A DNA stretch of 35,693 bases from Pseudobacteriovorax sp. (GTDB taxonomy: Bacteria; Bdellovibrionota_B; Oligoflexia; Oligoflexales; Oligoflexaceae). The notes beneath the pieces are model-generated. The model did no database searches. It was not told the DNA's origin and worked only from the letters and a program-made list of their open reading frames with translations. The stretch's first letter is position 1. Every line of letters starts with the position of its first letter. A program made the translations under genes and the position numbers. The DNA lies in assembly GCA_050293845.1 (NCBI GenBank), contig JBNKNM010000038.1, positions 1 through 35,693 on the forward strand. Reading direction: 5' to 3'. This document shows positions 9,147 to 18,199 of this stretch, one piece after another.

Positions 9147-9704
9147 TCACTTTATTTTAAAATCAATGACTTCAAACTTAAGGGTTTCGTCAGCATTTTT
9201 CATTAATACGGATTTCAAATACTTATTTTTGTCAAATTCCATTGTAATATCATAGTTTAAGGGAGTTTCCTTATGTCTTGGCTGAGCTAATAAGATATTT
9301 TGTGAAAACTTTACGGTAAAGTCCTTTTCAAATTCCACAAAATCGGCTGAAAAGATACTTTGTAGCATTTTTGCAATTTTTTGAATTTTTTTTCTGATAA
9401 TGGGGTTTTTGAATATTTCTTGAGCTTGATTTGATGACTTTAAGTTGCCCAATAAGTCCATTTCTAAATGAAATTTTATGGGTTCGATACTTTCCCAAAT
9501 AATACGCTCTTTATCCTTAAAAAATCTTACTTTGCTTACCAAAGGTTTCAGAAGATAAGAAGCTTGTTTTTCCTGAATCATCTGGGTTTCAATAGTTTTT
9601 GCTTTTTGATAAAACTGTGCAATCTCTTCCTTTGTGAAGGATAGTAGTATAGGGGATATCAGCATAATCGCAAATAAGATAATTCCTCTAATTAGATTGA
9701 CCAT
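9147..9704 (-). CDS. LolA-like periplasmic lipid carrier (ApeL-like)
   Basis: Signal peptide; QEKQASYLLKPLVS and IIWESIEP pattern; lies between the thioesterase and MMPL genes. Confidence 0.7.
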   Translation of the reverse strand: MVNLIRGIILFAIMLISPILLSFTKEEIAQFYQKAKTIETQMIQEKQASYLLKPLVSKVRFFKDKERIIWESIEPIKFHLEMDLLGNLKSSNQAQEIFKNPIIRKKIQKIAKMLQSIFSADFVEFEKDFTVKFSQNILLAQPRHKETPLNYDITMEFDKNKYLKSVLMKNADETLKFEVIDFKIK

Positions 9705-10119
9705 AGCTTTTTAACCTCTCTAAAATTTGTGGAGGAATAGTAAAACATAGGGTTTTAGCCTGGACATCCATATATACCTGACGGCTGCGCCCTGTACTGT
9801 GTACTTTTTTGGTTCTTTGGTCACGTATTTCATAGTATAAAACGAGTTCAGGAAGATCAGTATCGTCTAGTGTCGTTTCGACGACATAGGACCTTCCGTA
9901 TGTTAAGGGCCTACGATAATTGATACTAATATCAACCACCGGCATTGCAAACCCTAGCTCTTTAACTTGTGGCCAATCAAGTCCTAATTGCTGCATAAGA
10001 TCAGTTCGTGCTAGTTCAAAGTATTTTAAGTAATGACCATGCCATGCAATATTCATGATATCAATATCGTGAAAAGGGACATTGATTAAGGTTTTAGTTT
10101 GAATCATATTGATACTCAT
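9688..10119 (-). CDS. Hotdog acyl-CoA thioesterase (ApeK/4HBT-like)
   Basis: VPFHDIDIMNIAWHGHYLKYFELAR and YRRPL motifs. Confidence 0.9.
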   Translation of the reverse strand: MSINMIQTKTLINVPFHDIDIMNIAWHGHYLKYFELARTDLMQQLGLDWPQVKELGFAMPVVDISINYRRPLTYGRSYVVETTLDDTDLPELVLYYEIRDQRTKKVHSTGRSRQVYMDVQAKTLCFTIPPQILERLKSYGQSN

Positions 10120-11629
10120 GAAATAGAAACTGTCTCATTACTAAAATATCATTGTCCATTGCTCTATCCTCAACGACCTTAGGAAATATGTTTTCTAGCG
10201 CTTTCAACATGGCATGAGCGCGGTTATGTAGAGGAACTTCTATATGCAAATCTTTTCTCACCTGGAATCCCTGCGATATAGCCATAAAAAGGATAGCGAC
10301 TACTGACTCTGCAAGATCAGTCATATGACTTAGATCTCGGGCAGCGATCGTCCCCATACTAACGACGTCTTGATTGGAAGTTTCCGTCGGTCTTGAAAAA
10401 ATTGCCATGGGAATCGATTGCTTAATAAGTTCAGCTGTAATGGCGGACATGGTGATTTGTATCGCTTTGAAACCATGATGTAGAGGTGCTTGCTCACCCA
10501 AATGATTCCTTAAAACTAAGTTTTCGGACAGACTCTTTTCGGCGCATTCCATAAGAAAAGCCATCTGTCGATCTAGCAGGTTGACGGTTGTTGCCAGTGC
10601 TGCTTTAAGGCTATCGGCTGCTTGAGCCATATGACCGCCAAAGAAATGACCGGCATTAAGGACTTTGTCGTCGATAAAAACGGGGTTATCGGAAATCGAG
10701 TTAACTTCGTTTTCGATCCAGGACTCTGACCAGGATATAGTATCGACTAATACACCTACTACTTGAGGAGTGCACCGTAGCGAATAACGATCCTGAATAC
10801 TGCCATCTGGATTATTATACAAGCGCTCGTCGATATTTTCCATATAACCAAGAATCTTCTCAGCAACTTTTTGTTGGCCCTTATGCTTTTTCATCAGGTG
10901 TGTTGCTTGCAAATATGCTGCTGATCTGCCCTCCAATAACTCAACCAACAATCCAGTACTTGTACAAGTTAGCTCAACAACTTTTTGCAACCGTTCCATG
11001 ACGATGACAAGAATACCGGTCATTACCGATGTGCCATTCATTATGGCCAAAGCTTCCCGTGGCTTAAAAGTGTAAGGTTTAATGCCGAGGGAGCCATAAA
11101 CTTCAATTGTGGGCCATATTTTACCTTGATAATAGACTTGCCGTTCACCAGCTACAGCAGCAGCAAGATATGAAAGTGGAGTAAGGTCACCACTTGCACC
11201 GACGGAACCAATTGATGGAATCACTGGATAAATTCTATGGTTCAGCATCAGTGTAAGATGTTGCAGTAGGTTATAGCTGACACCAGAATAACCTCGAGCG
11301 AGGCAATGAGTTCTAATAAAGAGAATCGCAGCAGATTCTTGTTCACTAATATTGGAACCTATCCCGCAACCATGGTAAGAATATAAATTCCTTTGTAATG
11401 CAATACTGTGTGCCAAATCAAAGCGATTCTTAGATGAACTTCCAAAACCGGTATTAGCGCCGTAAATATCCATGCCTTCACGCACTTTTTTTAGCAAAAG
11501 TTCGTGGTTGTCATTGATATATTGCTGATAATTAGGATTAGTTTCTAAAGCAACATCCTCTCCTTTTACATAGTTTAGGACGTCATCAATAGAAAACTCA
11601 CTATTGTTGCTAAGAAACAATTTCTTCAT
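10094..11629 (-). CDS. Aromatic amino acid ammonia-lyase (HAL/PAL/TAL family, MIO-dependent)
   Basis: IYGANTGFG, VGASGDL (ASG MIO triad), ALAIMNGT, QDRYSLRC, DNP and NQDVVSMG motifs. Confidence 0.93.
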   Translation of the reverse strand: MKKLFLSNNSEFSIDDVLNYVKGEDVALETNPNYQQYINDNHELLLKKVREGMDIYGANTGFGSSSKNRFDLAHSIALQRNLYSYHGCGIGSNISEQESAAILFIRTHCLARGYSGVSYNLLQHLTLMLNHRIYPVIPSIGSVGASGDLTPLSYLAAAVAGERQVYYQGKIWPTIEVYGSLGIKPYTFKPREALAIMNGTSVMTGILVIVMERLQKVVELTCTSTGLLVELLEGRSAAYLQATHLMKKHKGQQKVAEKILGYMENIDERLYNNPDGSIQDRYSLRCTPQVVGVLVDTISWSESWIENEVNSISDNPVFIDDKVLNAGHFFGGHMAQAADSLKAALATTVNLLDRQMAFLMECAEKSLSENLVLRNHLGEQAPLHHGFKAIQITMSAITAELIKQSIPMAIFSRPTETSNQDVVSMGTIAARDLSHMTDLAESVVAILFMAISQGFQVRKDLHIEVPLHNRAHAMLKALENIFPKVVEDRAMDNDILVMRQFLFHEYQYDSN

Positions 11630-13202
11630 TATGGGTATTCCAGAAGTTAAAAAAGTTGAACCATTGTGTGGGAGCTTGTATGACGAGTTTTTCTAGTTGT
11701 CTGACATAACGATCCAGAATATCTTCTACAGGTATATCTTCGATGCCATCATAAATCCTTATGGCTTTAACAAAGTATTGTGGATAGCCAAAGGAACTCG
11801 TCCGGGTACAATAAAAGAAAAAAACAGGAGCTTTTAAAACCCTTGAAATTTTATATGGTGAGACAGGGAAATGTGCTGATTTGCCAAGAAAAGGCAATAC
11901 CATCGTTTTATCGAATTCACTACTTCTATCTCCTAGAAAGCACAGACAGCCACCTAATTTAACTATTTTATGCATTTCAAGCATAGCCCCCATTCCTTGT
12001 AAATTAGGGTCAATGAGAGTGATGTTAAGGTTTGTCCTTTTGATGCGCTTTAAAAATTCTGGTGTTTGAGATTGATCTAAAATGATAGCTACAGGTATTT
12101 TACGGGTATGATTTAAACCGCGCGACGAAATGAGCCAATCTCCTATATGAGCCCCAACATAGATACAACCTGGTTGAAATCCCATATCTTTGGAATAATC
12201 TGGTTTTGTAATCCGCACCTTTTCATAAGCGAACCTATCTACCATGGTACAGCCGAACATCCAGTAGTTTTGAAAAGATCGAAAAAATCTTGCAAATGAA
12301 GGTTTTGTATTTAGATTTCTATACAGTTGGATAATCCCTTGGCGGCTGCTGCGGTTTGTTATGAAAAAGTAAATCAAGGGAAAAATCATAATAGCGTAGG
12401 ATAGTCTGATACCAAACGTACGTACGATTAATGCCATAAGGCCCGCACCTCTACGCTCCGACTTGCTCTTCTTTCGCCCTAGACTCCAACGTAATTGAAA
12501 AAATCTTAAGAATATGCTGGTTGTAAATAGTAGGGAATGAATGCGTGTCAACCGAGCATTATCCTTAAAGGCTCGAAAATGACTAACGCGATCCTCTGGT
12601 TGCGGGTAGAAAACTTGAATAGGAATTTCCTTGATAGCAACGCCCTGCCAAATAGCACGTACTAATATTTCTATTTCGAAATCATAGGCCTTAGATCGTA
12701 GGGATGATATTAGATCTTGCTTGACTGGATATAGACGGAACCCACTCTGTGTATCAGAAAGATAATACCCTGTTTCAGCCCAAATCCAAAAATTTGAGAA
12801 CTTTCTTCCAAAGCGCGATGATCGTGGGATGGAGTTACTATTGAAATCGCGAACTCCGATGATGATATGATTATCATTGATTCCTTCAGAGCTTAAGAAC
12901 TTCGGAATGTCACTAGCTTGGTGTTGACCGTCAGCATCTATTGTTAATATACTTCTGAATTTGTTCTCCAAGGCATAGAGCAGCGCACTTTTTAGAGCAG
13001 CACCTTTGCCAAGATTTTTTTTATGGTGAATTTGGTTTACTTTATTGTAGTTTTGTAAAATAGAAGCCGTTTGATCTGTAGAACCATCATTGACAACTAG
13101 TAAAGGTAGCCCATGTTGCAAGACCTCTTCAATCACTCGTGCTAGTGTTCCTGCATTATTATACGTGGGGATAACCACTAGAATTTCAAACTTAGAACTC
13201 AT
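11610..13202 (-). CDS. Glycosyltransferase family 2 fused to an LpxL-like acyltransferase (ApeJ-like)
   Basis: N-half VIPTYNN, VVNDGS, NLGKG, DADGQH, DTQSGFRLYP; C-half GAHIGDW, LGDR, QWFNFFNFW. Start placed at ATG 13202. Confidence 0.88.
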   Translation of the reverse strand: MSSKFEILVVIPTYNNAGTLARVIEEVLQHGLPLLVVNDGSTDQTASILQNYNKVNQIHHKKNLGKGAALKSALLYALENKFRSILTIDADGQHQASDIPKFLSSEGINDNHIIIGVRDFNSNSIPRSSRFGRKFSNFWIWAETGYYLSDTQSGFRLYPVKQDLISSLRSKAYDFEIEILVRAIWQGVAIKEIPIQVFYPQPEDRVSHFRAFKDNARLTRIHSLLFTTSIFLRFFQLRWSLGRKKSKSERRGAGLMALIVRTFGIRLSYAIMIFPLIYFFITNRSSRQGIIQLYRNLNTKPSFARFFRSFQNYWMFGCTMVDRFAYEKVRITKPDYSKDMGFQPGCIYVGAHIGDWLISSRGLNHTRKIPVAIILDQSQTPEFLKRIKRTNLNITLIDPNLQGMGAMLEMHKIVKLGGCLCFLGDRSSEFDKTMVLPFLGKSAHFPVSPYKISRVLKAPVFFFYCTRTSSFGYPQYFVKAIRIYDGIEDIPVEDILDRYVRQLEKLVIQAPTQWFNFFNFWNTHNEEIVS

Positions 13203-13551
13203 ATGCAATAGTGCCTTTGGAATAAAGTTTTTCGCCAGAAATCAAAGTCCATGCCGCTTCATTTTGCTGAACTCTGACCTGCAAGGTGATGCGGTCATGA
13301 GGCCTTATCATCCCTCGGAATTTAGTTTTCTTTATTCCCTTAAAGGAGATTTTTTTTTGGTGGTGGTATGATAATATATCTAGAACCATTCCAATCTGAG
13401 TTACGGCGGGTAAAATTTTGAAACTATCAAAGTGGCCATCCATATGTTGATGATTTTCTGGAACCGTTGAATTGACCTCAATAACTTCATCATCGATATA
13501 ACCAATTTTTAAGTCGCAACAACTTATATTGTTTATAGTGAAGTCTTCCAC
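13192..13551 (-). CDS. 3-hydroxyacyl-ACP dehydratase, hotdog fold (ApeI-like)
   Basis: DGHF...ILPAVTQI and KFRGMIRP motifs; GTG start overlaps the upstream stop. Confidence 0.85.
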   Translation of the reverse strand: MEDFTINNISCCDLKIGYIDDEVIEVNSTVPENHQHMDGHFDSFKILPAVTQIGMVLDILSYHHQKKISFKGIKKTKFRGMIRPHDRITLQVRVQQNEAAWTLISGEKLYSKGTIAYEF

Positions 13552-14861
13552 TAGTGATTTCCTTCTATGATTGCTGGGATCATTTCAGTAGAGAATGTTT
13601 CTATTCGGGTACGAAATTCATCCATTAGCTGCTTTAATCCTACTCTGTCATTAGAAAAATTTGCTACTAAAATGTCAGGTAGAATATGAGCTTTTAATGT
13701 TGCAGGTCCTAAAGATGATAGAAAAAATTGAGTTTTATTTAAAAATGGCTTATCAAGTGTAAAACACACGGGGGTAATATTAGTTTGCGTTTCAAGTGCT
13801 AGGCGGAAGCCGCCATGAAACATTCTTCCTAATTTGCCATCAGGGCTTCGTGTTCCCTCAGGAAAAACTACTAACTGCTGTTGATTTTCTAAAATAGTCT
13901 TAGCTTTTAAGAAAGCGTTCGTCGATGACTCTAAGGATTTTGGATTTATCGGGATATACCCGCACCCATCAATAAAAGGTTTAAGCAAAGGATTTCTATA
14001 AAAAGTTATGTTGACGAAGGTATTACAATTCTTGAACTTGCTAAACATGGCGACAATATCGAATAGACATAAATGGTTGCAGAGCATTAGACGTGGACGA
14101 TGGTGGTTATTGTGGAATTCGAATTCCATATTAACAAAGCTAAATACACGGCATTGCCAACTTAGATAACGGAATGCCAAGTAGCAAATGTTTTGTACCA
14201 AAGTTTGGGAGTTGATTCCCAGTATTCTAAAAATGCTGGAAGCTATTATTATCACAGGTATACCGATAATACACATAAGACCGAATATGGCAAAGTTGAA
14301 GATATGGATGACCCTGATAACAATAAATTGATATATTTCTTCGTAGTGAACGATAAGTACTGTGCAGGCTCCTGCCAACCCTAGGAGAATATACGAAAGT
14401 CCTCCTGAATATAGCGCCCATGCATCCCAGCTTCCAGCGAAAAGAAAACTTGTCAGAATAACTGTATTAACAGTTATGACAACCAGCCATAAATGCTCCG
14501 ACTTGCGAAGCCTTCTTTGTTGACTTATTGTTAATTGCTTTATCTTTGATACAATTGGCAGTAGAAACCCTTGCTTTTTCCTTGCTGTATAAAAAGATAA
14601 GAGGACACTGAATGATAACAAGGCTGGATATATTCTCGCTGCATGAAATGGAACCAGCCCTGCCTGTTCGATTGCAATCATGAGTGTGAGAATAAGAGCA
14701 ACTTTCCAGAGTACGATGGAAGACTTGATTGCCCATAGGATAATGGCTCCTACAGCAAAGCCTAAGAGGATTGCTTGGGGAGCTGATAATACAATAAGCC
14801 CCCATGAAATTAATGGGTAAGCTATTGCTAATAAATCAGTTAGCCTGCTGAACTTTATCAT
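13551..14861 (-). CDS. Fusion of an ApeG/COG4648-like membrane protein and a PlsC-type acyltransferase (ApeD-like)
   Basis: N-terminal ~170 aa are multi-TM with AYP, IYPAL and WALYSGGLSYILLG; C-terminal part has NHLCLFD (HX4D), GYIP and VFPEGTRS. Confidence 0.8.
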   Translation of the reverse strand: MIKFSRLTDLLAIAYPLISWGLIVLSAPQAILLGFAVGAIILWAIKSSIVLWKVALILTLMIAIEQAGLVPFHAARIYPALLSFSVLLSFYTARKKQGFLLPIVSKIKQLTISQQRRLRKSEHLWLVVITVNTVILTSFLFAGSWDAWALYSGGLSYILLGLAGACTVLIVHYEEIYQFIVIRVIHIFNFAIFGLMCIIGIPVIIIASSIFRILGINSQTLVQNICYLAFRYLSWQCRVFSFVNMEFEFHNNHHRPRLMLCNHLCLFDIVAMFSKFKNCNTFVNITFYRNPLLKPFIDGCGYIPINPKSLESSTNAFLKAKTILENQQQLVVFPEGTRSPDGKLGRMFHGGFRLALETQTNITPVCFTLDKPFLNKTQFFLSSLGPATLKAHILPDILVANFSNDRVGLKQLMDEFRTRIETFSTEMIPAIIEGNH

Positions 14862-15108
14862 GGTACCGATGAACTAGTTGATAAACGTCTTCTACAGTTC
14901 TAATAGACTGCAACTCTTCGTTTGAGGGTCGTATAGAAAATTCTTTTTGGAATTTAATAACCATGTCAATGGCATCTAGACTATCTAGCCCCAAGTCTGT
15001 AAATAGGTGCTTTTCTGGTTTGAGCTGTTCCTTTTCAATTTCAAACAAATCGACAAGAATATCGTTGACTTTATCAATTATATATTCTTTTGAAGTTTCT
15101 GTGTGCAT
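14836..15108 (-). CDS. Acyl carrier protein (ApeF-like)
   Basis: DLGLDSLDAIDM phosphopantetheine site and IRTVEDV. Confidence 0.92.
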   Translation of the reverse strand: MHTETSKEYIIDKVNDILVDLFEIEKEQLKPEKHLFTDLGLDSLDAIDMVIKFQKEFSIRPSNEELQSIRTVEDVYQLVHRYHDKVQQAN

Positions 15109-15110
15109 AC

Positions 15111-16343
15111 TTAGTCCTTTGAAATTACTAGTGAAGCGTTTACACCACCAAATGCGAAACTATTTTTAATGATATGCTTCAACCTATAGTCGCAAACTTC
15201 TTTTACAAGATTTAAACTAGCTAACTCAGGATCTGGGTGTTCAAGGTTTAGGGTTGGAAACACCTTTTGTTGCTCTAACATTCCCAGACTGGCTATAAGT
15301 TCAATGACGCCAGCGGCTCCCATTAAATGGCCAAAATTCCCTTTTGTCGAGCTAATGGGAACCTGAGTACCAAATACCTTTTGGATGGCCTTACCTTCGG
15401 CAACATCTCCTGCAGTTGTTCCAGTAGCGTGGGCGTTGATGTAATCAATATCAGTAGCAGAAAGTCCTGCTGACTGCAAAGCGCCATTCATTGCTAGTTG
15501 CAGGCCTTCAGCACTAGGGTTTGTCATATGGATCGCGTCATTGTTAGTGAAGAAACCTTTTACCTCACCATATATTTTTGCTCCTCTGGCGATTGCAGAG
15601 TCCCAGTCTTCGAGAATAAATGTGCCTGCCCCTTCACCAACTACAATACCATCGCGTTGACTATCGAAGGGGCGAGGAGTCAGTTGCGGTTTGTCATTAA
15701 AGTCGGTTGATGTAGCTCTAAGGACATCAAAAACTGCAGGAACAGCTGGGTTAAGCTCTTCAGCACCACCGCAGACCATACGGTCCATTAGCCCAAACTT
15801 GATGGCTTCAAATCCGAAGCCAATAGCTTGAGTGCTAGATGCGCATGCTACGCAACTAGCAATAACGCGGCCAGGAATGCTGAATGTCACTGCTAAATTA
15901 GCTGCACAGGTGTGGGACATGATTTTCAAAAAAGTGGACGACTTCGCTGAATCCACCAAGTTTCCTGCCGCAAGGGAATTACGGTAATAGGTCTCAATTT
16001 CCGAAATCCCCCCCATACACGAACCGTAGGAGATACCAGTGCGATGACTCTCGATATCTGACTTTAGCCACCCAGAATCTTCAATGGCTTGTTGCGTTGC
16101 TTTTACTGCCATTATACTAATACGACTCATGGTTCGTCGGAATTTTCGTGGAATAGATTTATCATCAAAATTTTGTACAGGAGAACCAACAGCTGTGTAT
16201 AATCCAACCTCCTTAGCTGTCCAATCATCCATCCTTATAATACTCGAACGATTGGCTTTCAAGTTATCAGTTAGTTCTTGGTATGTGTGGCCAAGTGGTG
16301 AAAGGACACCCAGACCTGTGATGGCAACGCGTCGCGGTTTCAT
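15111..16343 (-). CDS. fabF: Beta-ketoacyl-ACP synthase (ApeR/FabF-like)
   Basis: ACASS (Cys), NAHATGT, KGNFGHLMGA, NSFAFGG, RPFDSQRDG; GGAGG SD. Confidence 0.92.
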   Translation of the reverse strand: MKPRRVAITGLGVLSPLGHTYQELTDNLKANRSSIIRMDDWTAKEVGLYTAVGSPVQNFDDKSIPRKFRRTMSRISIMAVKATQQAIEDSGWLKSDIESHRTGISYGSCMGGISEIETYYRNSLAAGNLVDSAKSSTFLKIMSHTCAANLAVTFSIPGRVIASCVACASSTQAIGFGFEAIKFGLMDRMVCGGAEELNPAVPAVFDVLRATSTDFNDKPQLTPRPFDSQRDGIVVGEGAGTFILEDWDSAIARGAKIYGEVKGFFTNNDAIHMTNPSAEGLQLAMNGALQSAGLSATDIDYINAHATGTTAGDVAEGKAIQKVFGTQVPISSTKGNFGHLMGAAGVIELIASLGMLEQQKVFPTLNLEHPDPELASLNLVKEVCDYRLKHIIKNSFAFGGVNASLVISKD

Positions 16344-17080
16344 GTATACATACCTCCGTTCACCTGCAATATGGTGCCATTGATAAAGGAAGCTTGTTCT
16401 GAAGCTAGAAAATAGACTGCGTTTGCAACTTCTTGAGGAGTTCCTGTACGACCTACAGGGATCATTTTCTTAATATCAAGCGGTGGTAAATCCTTTATCA
16501 TCTCGGTATCAATGATTCCCGGAGACACGACATTTGCGAGAACCCCTTTGCGAGCGTATTCCTTTGCTACCGACTTCGTCGCACTAATTAAGGCTCCTTT
16601 CGCAGCCGCGTAGTTGGCCTGGCCGCGATTTCCTGATTCTCCAGATACACTGGCAAGAGTAATGATACGGCCCCACCTATTTTCGATCATATCTTGTAAA
16701 AATGCTTTATTAAGAAAAAAGAATGAGTTTAGAGATGCCTGGATTACAGATTGCCATTGTTCGTAATTCATGGTGAATAGAATGCTATCCTGCGTAAAGG
16801 CTGCATTATGAATAACAATGTCGATTTTTTCGCAGAAGGACTTTGCTTCACTGATGGCTGCTTCGATGGATGTTTGGAACTGTAGGTCCATCTGAATCGC
16901 TTTCAGTTGACCAGAAGGAAATTTTTTCACTAATTCAGAAGCGATGGACTTTTTTTGAGCATAAGTGAAGGCAACTTGATAGCCTGCTTCCGCAAAGGTT
17001 TCGACAGTTGCGCGCCCGATTCCACGGCTTCCTCCTGATATAAATACCCTTTTAATCTCTAAACTCCTTTTTATCATCAA
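16340..17080 (-). CDS. fabG: 3-oxoacyl-ACP reductase (ApeQ/FabG-like); true start may be ATT at 17056
   Basis: SGGSRGIG, HNAA, GNRGQANYAAAK, PGIIDTEM and VNGGM motifs. Confidence 0.93.
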   Translation of the reverse strand: MMIKRSLEIKRVFISGGSRGIGRATVETFAEAGYQVAFTYAQKKSIASELVKKFPSGQLKAIQMDLQFQTSIEAAISEAKSFCEKIDIVIHNAAFTQDSILFTMNYEQWQSVIQASLNSFFFLNKAFLQDMIENRWGRIITLASVSGESGNRGQANYAAAKGALISATKSVAKEYARKGVLANVVSPGIIDTEMIKDLPPLDIKKMIPVGRTGTPQEVANAVYFLASEQASFINGTILQVNGGMYT

Positions 17081-17495
17081 CTACGAATTTCATGGAGGCT
17101 TTAGCTATGGCAACACCTGACTTTTCAGCTATAAAGCTATAGTAACCAAAAGGATAAAACTCCTCTTTTATGACCGTAGTAACTTCTAATACATCACCAG
17201 AATATAATTGGGGATTACCAATTATATCAAGGAAGTCAATTCCAACTAGAAAACCCAGCTTAACGGGACCTTCCCCAGTCTCTTGCTCTAAATTGAACAA
17301 AGCTGCCGCGGTTTGCGACATAATTTCTACTAACCAAACTATGTCGATATATCCTGATTTGCAATATGCTTTGTCTCGGCGCAAGGTCAAAGAAAACTTA
17401 CCCGAGCGTTTTTCTCTAGAAAACATCTCAATATGCTCGATAAAGGCCATACCCCTGGTTTGTGGCAGCCGCACTGTGAAATCGCTTACTTCCAT
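17052..17495 (-). CDS. Hotdog dehydratase partner (ApeP-like)
   Basis: LPQTRGMAFIE, LVEIMSQT and LGFLVG resemble the ApeP LPH..PM / E.MAQ / GFL.G pattern. Confidence 0.78.
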   Translation of the reverse strand: MEVSDFTVRLPQTRGMAFIEHIEMFSREKRSGKFSLTLRRDKAYCKSGYIDIVWLVEIMSQTAAALFNLEQETGEGPVKLGFLVGIDFLDIIGNPQLYSGDVLEVTTVIKEEFYPFGYYSFIAEKSGVAIAKASMKFVVDDKKEFRD

Positions 17496-18199
17496 TGGAT
17501 AAGGACCCCCTCACCGGTTCTATCAAAAGCTAATCGCTCTTGGCCCACCGTTTGATCCCAATTTAGCCATGGTGTTCGGCAACTACCCTCTTCAATAGTT
17601 AGCCTTGGCAAGGACTCAAAATCTTTTTTCTGAACCAACTCTATATTGGCAAAACGATGGCTAGCACAATGTTCTTCAATCGATGCTGACTGACTTAAAA
17701 CAACGAGCTCTGTATCAGCTTGTATCTGTCCTTGTGAATCCTTGTATGCCAGACCATGAATGACTATTGCAGCCGGATAAGCGCCACATTTGACTAGCTG
17801 AAACGAAAGATATAGGGCCCGTTCCATGGATAGGAAGCCATCTGACATAGCTGTATAACCATTGTGGAAATCAAATATTATCGATATAGCTCCCATAGCG
17901 CCATTATAGACTGAATTTTGAAAATCTTTAGGGCTGAGAGGGTAGTCTTTTGCTAGAATTTGCTGTGACAGGCTGATAGAGGCATCGATTTCTCCAAGTT
18001 GAGTGGCAAAGAAGATGGGTATATTTTCATTTTCTTTGAAGTAACTCCAAATTAAAGGCATATTTCTTTGTAATGTAACTATCGCATGGACGATGCTTTG
18101 TTGATAGTAAGTTAAACGTCTGACCAGTGGATGTTTGACACCGAGCTTTGTGGGGCCATCGTATGCGGTTCTTTGGTAATGTTGGAGCCAGACTTCCAA
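17486..18199 (-). CDS. Ketosynthase chain-length factor (ApeC-like)
   Basis: RRLT, FFATQLGE and LSPKDFQNSVYN (SP..F..SV.N); TTG start after GGAGG. Confidence 0.82.
   Translation of the reverse strand: MEVWLQHYQRTAYDGPTKLGVKHPLVRRLTYYQQSIVHAIVTLQRNMPLIWSYFKENENIPIFFATQLGEIDASISLSQQILAKDYPLSPKDFQNSVYNGAMGAISIIFDFHNGYTAMSDGFLSMERALYLSFQLVKCGAYPAAIVIHGLAYKDSQGQIQADTELVVLSQSASIEEHCASHRFANIELVQKKDFESLPRLTIEEGSCRTPWLNWDQTVGQERLAFDRTGEGVLIQWK

Noticed and set aside
10094..11629. Annotation as catabolic hutH
   Set aside because: Embedded in and overlapping PKS genes, no other hut genes, and lacks the SH specificity pair.
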